Assembly: GCA_013378385.1 (NCBI GenBank)
Contig: JACAFS010000002.1
Coordinates: 1 to 32,000 of the forward strand
DNA: 32,000 nucleotides
Source of the DNA: Nitrososphaerota archaeon
GTDB lineage: Archaea; Thermoproteota; Nitrososphaeria; Nitrososphaerales; UBA57
Direction of reading: 5' to 3'
Both the position numbers and the translations under genes were made by a program. Below are positions 17,937 to 26,406 of the stretch, piece after piece (the first letter of the stretch is position 1; every line of letters starts with the position of its first letter). The notes under the pieces are model-generated. The model ran no database searches. It saw only the letters and a list, made by a program, of their open reading frames with translations, and was not told the DNA's origin.

Positions 17937-18113
17937 TTACCCAGTTAATCTGAATAATGAGCCAACTAATTGGATTACATATCCAATAGACCCAACAATA
18001 CTCATTCCAATGATTGTGAGCTTTAGATATAGTAAAAACTCAGTTCTATCAGAACGCTTTGCTAATTTGAGCGTATGTATGCATGAATTTACGAAAGCAA
18101 CAATGCCAGCCAA
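17937..18113 (-). CDS. secE: Preprotein translocase subunit SecE (Sec61-gamma), 58 aa, not in the ORF track
   Basis: My own translation is (TTG)AGIVAFVNSCIHTLKLAKRSDRTEFLLYLKLTIIGMSIVGSIGYVIQLVGSLFRLTG*. This gives an amphipathic N-terminus, a basic KRSDRTEF segment, and a single TM with G-rich spacing. It ends 10 nt upstream of spt5, the conserved position. The start codon is uncertain. Confidence 0.6.
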   Translation of the reverse strand: MAGIVAFVNSCIHTLKLAKRSDRTEFLLYLKLTIIGMSIVGSIGYVIQLVGSLFRLTG

Positions 18114-18173
18114 TTTATTCTTTGTTGAATGATAGATTATATTTGATAAACTTTTTGTTATAAGTAGAAAAAG

Positions 18174-18995
18174 ATGAATAACCCATTCAGGAAGTCAACC
18201 TTAGTATTGTCAAGAAAGGACCCAGCAAGTATGACAATGTTAAAGATATTAGAAAAGAGGCAGAATTTCGACAATATTGAGGAAAATAGCGGATATAGCA
18301 AATTACAAAGTAAAAATATCACATTGATAGTGTTAAATGAAGAAATGATTTATTGTGATAATATAGAAGATATTGAAGATTCAGATAGATTTGTATTTTT
18401 ATCAAGGCATGTAAGTCAAAGTAAGAAACCAACACTAACATCTCATTTTTTAGGAAATCCGTCTAACGAAGCACCATATGGAGGAGAGAAAATGCAAATA
18501 GCTGCCACATGTCCAGAATTAATGAAAAACTATATGATGAATTTATACAAACAAAAGAATAGTTTGTTGAACTATGAAATAAGTCTAGAAGCAACGCATC
18601 ATGGTCCTACTAGTATTTCAAAACCATGTATATTTGTAGAAATTGGTTCAGAGATTAAACAATGGCAAGATGAAAATGCAGCAGAGATTGTGATAAAATC
18701 AGTAATTAACTCAATAGAGAATCAAATTGATGTAAATAAAGTAGGAATAGGTTTGGGTGGACCGCATTACTCAAAGAAATTTACAGAATTATTAATTAAT
18801 ACAGAGTATGCAATTGCGGGATATATATCAAGACATTATATGGAATATTTTAATCAGGAAATACTAGAGCAAATGATAGAGAAATGTGAACAAGAAATTA
18901 ATTATGCAATTATAGACAAAAAGGGAATAGGAAAAGAAAGAAAAAGAGTACTAAAAATATTACAAGAAAATGAACTTAGAATAATATCTATTTAG
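18174..18995 (+). CDS. dtdA: D-aminoacyl-tRNA deacylase, archaeal DTD2 type
   Basis: FLSRHVSQSKKPTLTSHFLGN, LEATHHGPT, IFVEIGSEIKQW and GGPHYS match the DTD2 (tRNA_deacylase) family pattern. The 273-aa length is typical. Confidence 0.8.
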   Translation: MNNPFRKSTLVLSRKDPASMTMLKILEKRQNFDNIEENSGYSKLQSKNITLIVLNEEMIYCDNIEDIEDSDRFVFLSRHVSQSKKPTLTSHFLGNPSNEAPYGGEKMQIAATCPELMKNYMMNLYKQKNSLLNYEISLEATHHGPTSISKPCIFVEIGSEIKQWQDENAAEIVIKSVINSIENQIDVNKVGIGLGGPHYSKKFTELLINTEYAIAGYISRHYMEYFNQEILEQMIEKCEQEINYAIIDKKGIGKERKRVLKILQENELRIISI

Positions 18996-19449
18996 GAGAT
19001 TCATCTGAACTTTCTTCGTGAAAAATTTTAGAATAAAGCTTTTCAATTGGAGAGATAAAGGGATTAACAAATCGAGCGATTTTTAGATTTCGAACAACAG
19101 GAATCAATGACATTATACCAACTTGGTCTGGTGTACCGGTTGTAACTTCTTTCAATTGTTTAAACAAAGCATATTTCGAGATAGTTGTTTTACCAGTTTC
19201 ATTTTCCCATAAAAATAGACCAATAAGAAGCCCATTCATTAGAAGAAATGGTAGTCCTAATGGAATAGCAGTTTCTTTCGCAATTATTTCGCCATACTGC
19301 ATTCCCTTAATTGGGTCAATCAAAGCAGTAAAGAATACATTAATTGCTTGAACAGAATCTGCTTGTCCGAGTCTAATACTAGCTGCGTCAAAGATTGGTG
19401 GAAGTATTAAGAAGAATATAGGAAATACAAAAAGTGGAAGAAGCATCAA
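18988..19449 (-). CDS. Hypothetical membrane protein
   Basis: Hydrophobic N-terminus LLPLFVFPIFFLILPPIF and helix GLPFLLMNGLLIGLFLW. Acidic C-terminus. No family recognised. Confidence 0.4.
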   Translation of the reverse strand: MMLLPLFVFPIFFLILPPIFDAASIRLGQADSVQAINVFFTALIDPIKGMQYGEIIAKETAIPLGLPFLLMNGLLIGLFLWENETGKTTISKYALFKQLKEVTTGTPDQVGIMSLIPVVRNLKIARFVNPFISPIEKLYSKIFHEESSDESPK

Positions 19450-19582
19450 AGTCCAGAATACAAGCTCCAGTAAAGATCGAAGCCATTTTTCAAAGTCGAA
19501 AGAGTTTTGTTTAGATATTTTCTTTTCCCTCCTAACTAGGAAATTTTAATCTTTAATTTTAACCTTTCTATAAATGAAACAC

Positions 19583-20584
19583 TTATTCGTTAGTTTCATT
19601 AGGCCACATCATATCTCTCAGTTTTTTACCTGTAGATTCTATTTGATGGGAGGCGATTTTATCAAGATATTTATCAAATGACTGTTTTCCTTCTTTATTA
19701 TAGATATTTCTCCACTCTTCGGCAAATTCTCCGGACTGGATTTCATCAAGAATTTTTTCCATTTCATCACGAGAAGATTGATTAATAACACGAGTGCCTC
19801 TTGTTAAACCTCCGTATCGAGCAGTTTCACTGACTCTCTGATACATGCCTTTAATACCGTATTGTTGAACTAAATCAACAATAAGTTTTAATTCATGAAG
19901 GCATTCAAAATATGCTATTTCAGGTTGATAACCACGATTTACTAATGTCTCAAAAGAATTTTGAATTAAAGAAGCAGCTCCACCACAGAGATCTGCTTGT
20001 TCTCCAAATAAATCAGTTTCAACTTCTTCTTTGAAAGTTGTCTGAAGAAGACCTGCTCTTGCACATCCAAGACCTTTAGCAATAGATAATGCTCGATTTA
20101 ATGCATTATTAGTGAAATCTTGTTGAACAGCTACTAATGCAGGAGTTCCAAAATTATCTAAATATAATTCTCGTACACGTCGTCCAGGAGCTTTAGGGGC
20201 AACCATTAAAACGTCGACCCATTCAGGAGGTTTTACCCATTGGTAATTAATAACTAGGCCATGAGAAAAACCCAATGCATTGCCTTCTTTAAGATGGGAC
20301 GCAATTTGTTCTTCGTAAAGTTTAGGTTGTTCCATATCAGGAACTAAAATATGAATTATATCAGATTGTTCTGCGGCTTCAGATACTTCCATGACTGTGT
20401 GTCCGTCATCTAATGCTTTCTGCCAACTAGATCCACCTTTTCGTAAACCAACAATTACATTAAGTCCAGAGTCTTTTAGATTAGAAGCTTGTGCAGCACC
20501 TTGTATTCCATAACCAATAACAGAAATAGTCTCATTTTTTAATTGAGACATATCAACATCGTCGTCATGCCAGACTTGAGCCAT
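19583..20584 (-). CDS. ilvC: Ketol-acid reductoisomerase
   Basis: ISVIGYGIQGAAQASNLKDSGLNV (Rossmann fold), GFSHGL, and LFGEQADLCGG...ETARYG motifs. Confidence 0.95.
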   Translation of the reverse strand: MAQVWHDDDVDMSQLKNETISVIGYGIQGAAQASNLKDSGLNVIVGLRKGGSSWQKALDDGHTVMEVSEAAEQSDIIHILVPDMEQPKLYEEQIASHLKEGNALGFSHGLVINYQWVKPPEWVDVLMVAPKAPGRRVRELYLDNFGTPALVAVQQDFTNNALNRALSIAKGLGCARAGLLQTTFKEEVETDLFGEQADLCGGAASLIQNSFETLVNRGYQPEIAYFECLHELKLIVDLVQQYGIKGMYQRVSETARYGGLTRGTRVINQSSRDEMEKILDEIQSGEFAEEWRNIYNKEGKQSFDKYLDKIASHQIESTGKKLRDMMWPNETNE

Positions 20585-20663
20585 GTTAAAGAAAATTCTT
20601 AATCTAATTATTAAGTCTATTTGTTATAATAATTTAAGATACCTAGTGTATTAGTTTCTTATA

Positions 20664-21464
20664 GTGATTAACAAACAAACTAAGCCAATTATTGAACATG
20701 TAGGAGAATTAAGAAATCGTTTCGTAAGGATTATGATATCAATATTAGTTTGTACTTTTGCACTTTTTATGTTTTCGACTAGAATTATATCGATAGATGG
20801 AAGGAATATTCGAATACCATATCCAGATATTTATAACAATTTTGCCTCACAAATAATTACAGCATTACAAGATATAGTACTGCCAGAGTACGTGAGAGTG
20901 ATTTTGACTGGTCCAGGACAGGCATTGTCAGCACAAATATACATTTCTTTGATGTGCGGAGTAATCATATCGATACCTTTGATATTGTGGGAATTGACAG
21001 GATTTATAAAACCAGGACTGTATAAAAATGAAATCAAGTTACTGAGAAATCTGCTGGTGCCTGCGTCTTTATTATTTTTCATAGGAGCTGTATTTGCACT
21101 ATACATAATGGTGCCAATGACGATGGAATTTATGTACAAATACGGAGTATCGTTACAGGCGGAAACATACATAACGATAGATGTATTTGTGGCGTTCATA
21201 ACATTCTTCATATTAGCATTTGGCATAGCATTTCAATTGCCTATAATCATGTGGTTAACTACAAGATTTGGATTTATCAGCAGTACATTTTGGAGAGATA
21301 ATTGGAGATATACATTAGTGTTACTTGTTGCAATAGGAGCTATAATAACTCCTGATGCAAGTGGAATAACAATGTGGTTGATAACAATACCAATGATGCT
21401 ACTTTATTTTGTAGGATATGTAGCTTCTAGAAATGTAAGTTCAGAAAGAAAAGTAGAAACTTAA
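20664..21464 (+). CDS. tatC: Twin-arginine translocase subunit TatC
   Basis: IIEHVGELRNRFVRI N-terminus, six hydrophobic helices, and the ITPDASG.T motif near the C-terminus. GTG start. Confidence 0.9.
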   Translation: MINKQTKPIIEHVGELRNRFVRIMISILVCTFALFMFSTRIISIDGRNIRIPYPDIYNNFASQIITALQDIVLPEYVRVILTGPGQALSAQIYISLMCGVIISIPLILWELTGFIKPGLYKNEIKLLRNLLVPASLLFFIGAVFALYIMVPMTMEFMYKYGVSLQAETYITIDVFVAFITFFILAFGIAFQLPIIMWLTTRFGFISSTFWRDNWRYTLVLLVAIGAIITPDASGITMWLITIPMMLLYFVGYVASRNVSSERKVET

Positions 21465-21576
21465 GGGACGAACTCACATACTCAAGATCCTCGTCATCAA
21501 ATCAGAGGGCTTTGTCGTCATTGTTCATCCCAACTTATAATAAAAAGCACGTATATTTATCAATAAATCAAGATTA

Positions 21577-21876
21577 TTATGAATCAAGTTTACGTTTAAT
21601 AGCTTCTCGTAGTTGCTCGTCATCTTTAGTAGTAGCATCTATACCCAAAGCAGATGCGGATTTTTGTAATTCATATTTAGAGATGCTTTTTGAAGGAGTA
21701 GTAGTTTCAAATTCAGAATAAGATTTCACTTCACGTTCAAAATCAGCCTTACTTTTTTGGAATTCGGCCATAACTTTACCTAGATTTCTTGCCAATCCAG
21801 GAAGTTTATCAGTTCCAACGAGAAGAATCCCCACAACGAGGGCAATCCATATCCATTCCATACCGCCAACAGCCAT
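21577..21876 (-). CDS. tatA: Twin-arginine translocase subunit TatA/E
   Basis: WIWIALVVGILLVGTDKLPGLARNLGKVMAEFQK gives the TM-hinge-amphipathic helix typical of TatA. Confidence 0.85.
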   Translation of the reverse strand: MAVGGMEWIWIALVVGILLVGTDKLPGLARNLGKVMAEFQKSKADFEREVKSYSEFETTTPSKSISKYELQKSASALGIDATTKDDEQLREAIKRKLDS

Positions 21877-21936
21877 AATTTGAATTAAACATGATAAAAG
21901 AAAAGGTTTTTTAATTTAGAGTAATCAAAGATTTCA

Positions 21937-22443
21937 TTGATAAGCACCATACCTGAAATAACCTTCTTTATAATTGGATTATCCATAGCGGTTTCAGTAG
22001 GTTCAGTATTAACTAGAAAACAGTTTACTGATGTCGAAAAAACAAAAAAACAACAGAAAGAGGTATCAGAATACAATAAACAGCTAAGAGGCGCAATGAT
22101 GAAAAGGGACAAACCGCTTGAGGCAAAATTAAAGAAGAAAGAAGCTCAAATGAAACAAATGCAAGCAAAATTAGCCCGAGACAGTTTGAAACCTACATTC
22201 ATATTTATCGTTCCACTTCTACTAATATGGACATTTGTATTACCAGAAATAATTGGACAAGATTGGTTCAACATTCCAGCAGCATCATCTCCAATTTCAA
22301 TGAATCTAATTATGTTTGAAACAGAGAAAGTTACTTTAGAATCTGGAAGAGTTTTAGAGCATGGAGTTCCAACATTCTTTTGGTATTTAATTAGTTCAAT
22401 ATCAGCACAAGGAATGATAATGAAATTAATGAAAATGACTTAA
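21937..22443 (+). CDS. DUF106 / EMC3-like archaeal YidC/Oxa1-family membrane insertase
   Basis: Three TM segments with a long basic coiled coil between TM1 and TM2 (KKQQKEVSEYNKQLRGAMMKRDKPLEAKLKKKEAQMKQMQAKLARDSLKP). This is the DUF106 architecture. TTG start. Confidence 0.65.
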   Translation: MISTIPEITFFIIGLSIAVSVGSVLTRKQFTDVEKTKKQQKEVSEYNKQLRGAMMKRDKPLEAKLKKKEAQMKQMQAKLARDSLKPTFIFIVPLLLIWTFVLPEIIGQDWFNIPAASSPISMNLIMFETEKVTLESGRVLEHGVPTFFWYLISSISAQGMIMKLMKMT

Positions 22444-22450
22444 TTGTATT

Positions 22451-23215
22451 TCAAAGCAACACATTACCGCCATCAATAACTATCGTTTGACCATTAACAA
22501 AGCTAAAGTTATCAGAAACAATAAGAGAACAAGTATTAGCAACGTCATTGGTGTCGCCCCATCGTTTTAATGAAGTTTCATTAGCGAGTTTTTGTTGAGT
22601 TTTACTGTCGAAATGCTCAAAGGTGGCAGAACTTTTGATATTTCCAAGAGCTAAACAATTAGTACGAATATTATATTTTCCATATTCGAGAGCAAGATGT
22701 TTAGTTAGTCCTAGAAGTCCGGCTTTAGCAACAGTATAAGGTGCACCTTTATCATGTCCTGCAATTGCAGGAGTCGAGGATATATTAATGATATTACCTG
22801 AATTAGCTTTTTTCATTATTGGAATAACAGCTTTACAACATCGAATACTACCCAATAAATCCGCATCAATGACATTTTTATAGCCTTCAAGACCGATGTC
22901 GGTAAAAGAAGAATCCCAATATTCGGAAGTAAGTGGATAACCTGCATTATTAATTAAAATATCAATTTTCCCATAATGATCTTTAGTAGTTTGTATAAGA
23001 TTAGAGATATCGTCATCAATAGTAACATCTGTTTTTATTGCAATTGGATCTGTATCGTAAGAATTCAAGTTTTTAACAATCTCTTTTGCCAATGAAAGAT
23101 TTCTAGAAGTAACAACTACATTTGCGCCCTTTTGTGAAAACACTTCTGCAATAGATTTTCCAATTCCCTTTGTAGAACCAGTAACAATAGCAACTTTATT
23201 GGATAATTCATCCAT
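22451..23215 (-). CDS. Short-chain dehydrogenase/reductase (FabG-like)
   Basis: VAIVTGSTKGIGKSIA (TGxxxGxG), NNAG, the catalytic YTVAKAG, and C-terminal GQTIVIDGG. Start trimmed to ATG 23215 (MDELSNKVAIVTG); the alternative is 23266. Confidence 0.85.
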   Translation of the reverse strand: MDELSNKVAIVTGSTKGIGKSIAEVFSQKGANVVVTSRNLSLAKEIVKNLNSYDTDPIAIKTDVTIDDDISNLIQTTKDHYGKIDILINNAGYPLTSEYWDSSFTDIGLEGYKNVIDADLLGSIRCCKAVIPIMKKANSGNIINISSTPAIAGHDKGAPYTVAKAGLLGLTKHLALEYGKYNIRTNCLALGNIKSSATFEHFDSKTQQKLANETSLKRWGDTNDVANTCSLIVSDNFSFVNGQTIVIDGGNVLL

Positions 23216-23302
23216 TAAACTAATAGTTAAGAGATAAGAATTTGAACTTTTCGATAAGTTATTCAACGGAGATTTATATAATTATTCGATATAAGGGGAT
23301 TA

Positions 23303-23755
23303 ATGAGACAAGTTTATCCAGAACCAACAGTAGGAGCTTTAATAATTAATAGTGAGAATAGGATTTTATTAGTAAAATCTCATAAATGGATGAATGGCAA
23401 GTATTCAGTTCCTGGTGGGCATGTAGAAATCGGTGAATCATTTGAGGAAGCCATAATTAGAGAAGTTAAAGAAGAAACAGGGCTAGACGTAGTGCCTAGG
23501 AGATTATTCATGATTCAAGAATGTGTACATCCAAAAGAATTTTTCAAGAAGAAACATTTCATCTTCTTTGATTATATTTGTCAAACTGAGAACATAAAAG
23601 TGCAATTAGATGAAAGAGAATTACAAGAATATGATTGGTTCAAGATAGAAGACATAAAAGAAGAGTATTTAGAACCTTACACAAGGAATATGATATTAAA
23701 ATTTAGAGAAGATAGTGATTTAGAAAGTAGAGAAATTTATTTGATTAAAAAATGA
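23303..23755 (+). CDS. Nudix hydrolase
   Basis: Nudix box GGHVEIGESFEEAIIREVKEETGL. Confidence 0.9.
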   Translation: MRQVYPEPTVGALIINSENRILLVKSHKWMNGKYSVPGGHVEIGESFEEAIIREVKEETGLDVVPRRLFMIQECVHPKEFFKKKHFIFFDYICQTENIKVQLDERELQEYDWFKIEDIKEEYLEPYTRNMILKFREDSDLESREIYLIKK

Positions 23756-24718
23756 TTAAGAGAAATCAAAATTACGGCCAATCCCTTTTTCTAACGCTTC
23801 TTGATATATTAGATTAGCAGTAGAGATATCCTCAAGAGATAAACCCATGGATTTAAACATCGTAATATCATCTTCATTAGTTCGAGCAGATTTATTTCCA
23901 AGAATAATATCAGCAAGTTCAGCAAATACGTTAGTTTCAGAGATTCCTCCAGCCTCACGAACAGCAGTATTTATTTCGTCAACAATGACCTTACTACGAT
24001 TAATGGTAGTATTATCCACTTCAGAGCTCTCCTTAGTGTGAGCTCCAATACAATTGATATGAGTTCCAGGATTAACTAGATTGCCATCAAATAATGGCGA
24101 TGGAGAACTGGTCGCAGTAACCAGTATATCATTATCAAGAACTTTCTTAATATTATGTTCTACAACAATAGGAACTTCAAGTTCAGTTTCAAGAGATTTA
24201 ATGAATTCAGTTTTCTTATCGGCAGAAGGACTAGTCATGACAATACGAGATATATTACGAACAGAACATATAGCCATCAATTGAAATCGAGATTGATATC
24301 CTGAGCCAAATATTCCAACAGATTCAGAATTTTGTTTAGATAAATATTTAGTAGCAACACCGGTGACAGCCCCAGTTCTCATTCCAGTAATAAGGGAACC
24401 ATCCATTATACAGATCAATTCTCCAGTATCAGTGTCAGTGAGAGATATTATACCTTGAGTTGTAGGTTTGTTGAGTTTGATATTTTCTGGAAATACAGTT
24501 ACAATTTTAGTGCCTAATGCTTTCATTCCACTCATATGAGCAGTCATAACTCCGTACCAACCATTTTTATCTTCTACAATAACAACTCCACGGTCGGTCA
24601 TTTTTACATTATTTTTAGATAATTCAATGAAACTTTCTTCCATGGTTTTAATATTAGATTCCATTGTAAGTAAGGAATCAACATCTTTATGCGAGAGTAG
24701 AAGAACCACAGTAATCAC
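23756..24718 (-). CDS. Ornithine cyclodeaminase / mu-crystallin family enzyme
   Basis: Family-typical N-terminal region, then GMRTGAVTGVATKYL, the Rossmann motif VGIFGSGYQSRFQL, and the C-terminal FKSMGLSLEDI. Confidence 0.8.
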   Translation of the reverse strand: MITVVLLLSHKDVDSLLTMESNIKTMEESFIELSKNNVKMTDRGVVIVEDKNGWYGVMTAHMSGMKALGTKIVTVFPENIKLNKPTTQGIISLTDTDTGELICIMDGSLITGMRTGAVTGVATKYLSKQNSESVGIFGSGYQSRFQLMAICSVRNISRIVMTSPSADKKTEFIKSLETELEVPIVVEHNIKKVLDNDILVTATSSPSPLFDGNLVNPGTHINCIGAHTKESSEVDNTTINRSKVIVDEINTAVREAGGISETNVFAELADIILGNKSARTNEDDITMFKSMGLSLEDISTANLIYQEALEKGIGRNFDFS

Positions 24719-25804
24719 TTAAACAGATACTTCTTCAATAGCTTGAATTAGTTTATTATTTTCGTCGTGTAAACCAATGTTAATTCTTATATAATTTTCT
24801 AAGCCAGGTGTACCGCTTACATCACGCACGACAATACCTTTACGGAGTAATTTTTCATAGATATCGGCACCACCAGTATTTGTGAATTTTAATAACATAA
24901 AGTTCGATGTACTTGGAATAATATCAACGTTCTTTATTTTAGAAACTTGTTCAATGAATAATATTTTTTCAGAGAGAATCTCTGTGACATTGTTCGCAAT
25001 CCAATCAATATTATTTAAAGCGATTCTGGACAAGTTAACAGAGAGTTCGCCAACACTGTTAGGTGGTCTGACCTTATTCAATAAAGAGGTAGTAGAGATC
25101 GAGGAAAGCAGGTAACCAACTCTCAATCCAGCTAAACCAAAGGCTTTGGAAAAGGTCCTGACTACAATTAAATTGTCATAGAGATTTACTAAATCAGCTA
25201 CAGTTTCGTTAGTAAATTCAAAATATGCTTCGTCGACAACTACAGGAACATCGGAACTAGACAAGAGTTTTTCAAGCGAGTTTTTATCTACAAGATTGCC
25301 AGTAGGATTATTTGGACTGCAGAGAATAATTAAACTGGTGTTATCGTTTATACTATCAGAGATTTTTGTGAAGTCGTCAGAAAAATCAGAATTTCTTGTT
25401 ATTTCCTTGACATTACCTCCCATAATTTGAATCATTTTCTCGTAATAGGAATAAGTCGGAGTAGAGAGAATTACATCGCTAGAAGGCTCAATAAACATTG
25501 AACCAATCATAAATAATCCTTCATCCGCGCCATTAGTTAATATTAGGTTATCGACATTACATGAACAATAATCTGCAAGTAACTTACGGACAGAAATATA
25601 TGAAGAATCAGGATATCGATTAATCTCTAGATTATTGAATTCTTTACTAAGTTCTTCGAGCCATTCAATAGGAGTTTTATGTGAAACATTAGTATCAAAA
25701 CGAGTTATCTCATTAGGATTTTTTCCTATAGAATTAGCAATATCATCAGTAGATGGTTCCCAACTATATGGAACAAAATTTTTCAAGAATTTCCTAATTT
25801 TCAT
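24719..25804 (-). CDS. hisC: Histidinol-phosphate aminotransferase family (class II PLP aminotransferase)
   Basis: RYPDSS, PNNPTGN, DEAYFEF, and RTFSKAFGLAGLRVGY (PLP lysine). A CobD-type decarboxylase from the same family cannot be excluded. Confidence 0.8.
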   Translation of the reverse strand: MKIRKFLKNFVPYSWEPSTDDIANSIGKNPNEITRFDTNVSHKTPIEWLEELSKEFNNLEINRYPDSSYISVRKLLADYCSCNVDNLILTNGADEGLFMIGSMFIEPSSDVILSTPTYSYYEKMIQIMGGNVKEITRNSDFSDDFTKISDSINDNTSLIILCSPNNPTGNLVDKNSLEKLLSSSDVPVVVDEAYFEFTNETVADLVNLYDNLIVVRTFSKAFGLAGLRVGYLLSSISTTSLLNKVRPPNSVGELSVNLSRIALNNIDWIANNVTEILSEKILFIEQVSKIKNVDIIPSTSNFMLLKFTNTGGADIYEKLLRKGIVVRDVSGTPGLENYIRINIGLHDENNKLIQAIEEVSV

Positions 25805-25845
25805 AACTTATTGTGACAATTATTATTTCTTTGTATTGTATTAAT

Positions 25846-26346
25846 TCATTTTGAGAAATTTTTATTTAAATTGATTTTAAGTAGGTCGAGATTTAGTAAA
25901 GAAGAGTGGGCAGAATGAGATACAAGTTGGTCTTCGTCAGATGTTGCACGAATAAGAGCGTCACGGGCTACTTCGTCTCCAATAGAACCCAATGCAACGG
26001 CAGATTCATGTCTAACTACATGGTCAATATCAGTAAGCATGGCTTCAATTAGATGAGTAACACATTGTGGAAAACCTAATTGTCCGAGAGTAAATGCAGC
26101 TTCATGTCTGACAAGAGGAGTTTCGTCGTTTTTTAGAATTTCAGACAATATAGGAACAACAGAATTATCTCCAATATCGGCCAATATGCAAACACAACGT
26201 GTTCGAACAGATATACTTTCGTCTTGTTGAAGTAAATCTATAAAGAAATTAAGATTAATTTTTTCGAAAGCCTTATCGCACTCAATTAATTTGGCGAGAT
26301 CTCCATCTTTACGGGTTACCAATTGGTTCTTTTTTTGCAGTATCAT
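25846..26346 (-). CDS. HEAT-repeat (PBS-lyase-type) protein
   Basis: Repeated units: VRTRCVCILADIGD..VVPIL, LVRHEAAFTLGQLG, VVRHESAVALGSIGD..ARDAL. Confidence 0.75.
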   Translation of the reverse strand: MILQKKNQLVTRKDGDLAKLIECDKAFEKINLNFFIDLLQQDESISVRTRCVCILADIGDNSVVPILSEILKNDETPLVRHEAAFTLGQLGFPQCVTHLIEAMLTDIDHVVRHESAVALGSIGDEVARDALIRATSDEDQLVSHSAHSSLLNLDLLKINLNKNFSK

Positions 26347-26406
26347 GAATATATCAAATTGAATATAACAAAGAATTTAAATAATTAATTAAATTTTCTA
26401 CATGAA

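Noticed and set aside
17884-18132. 82-aa plus-strand ORF between spt5 and dtdA
   Set aside because: It is antisense to a much better SecE-like reading frame in the conserved secE-spt5 position. It has no recognisable motifs.
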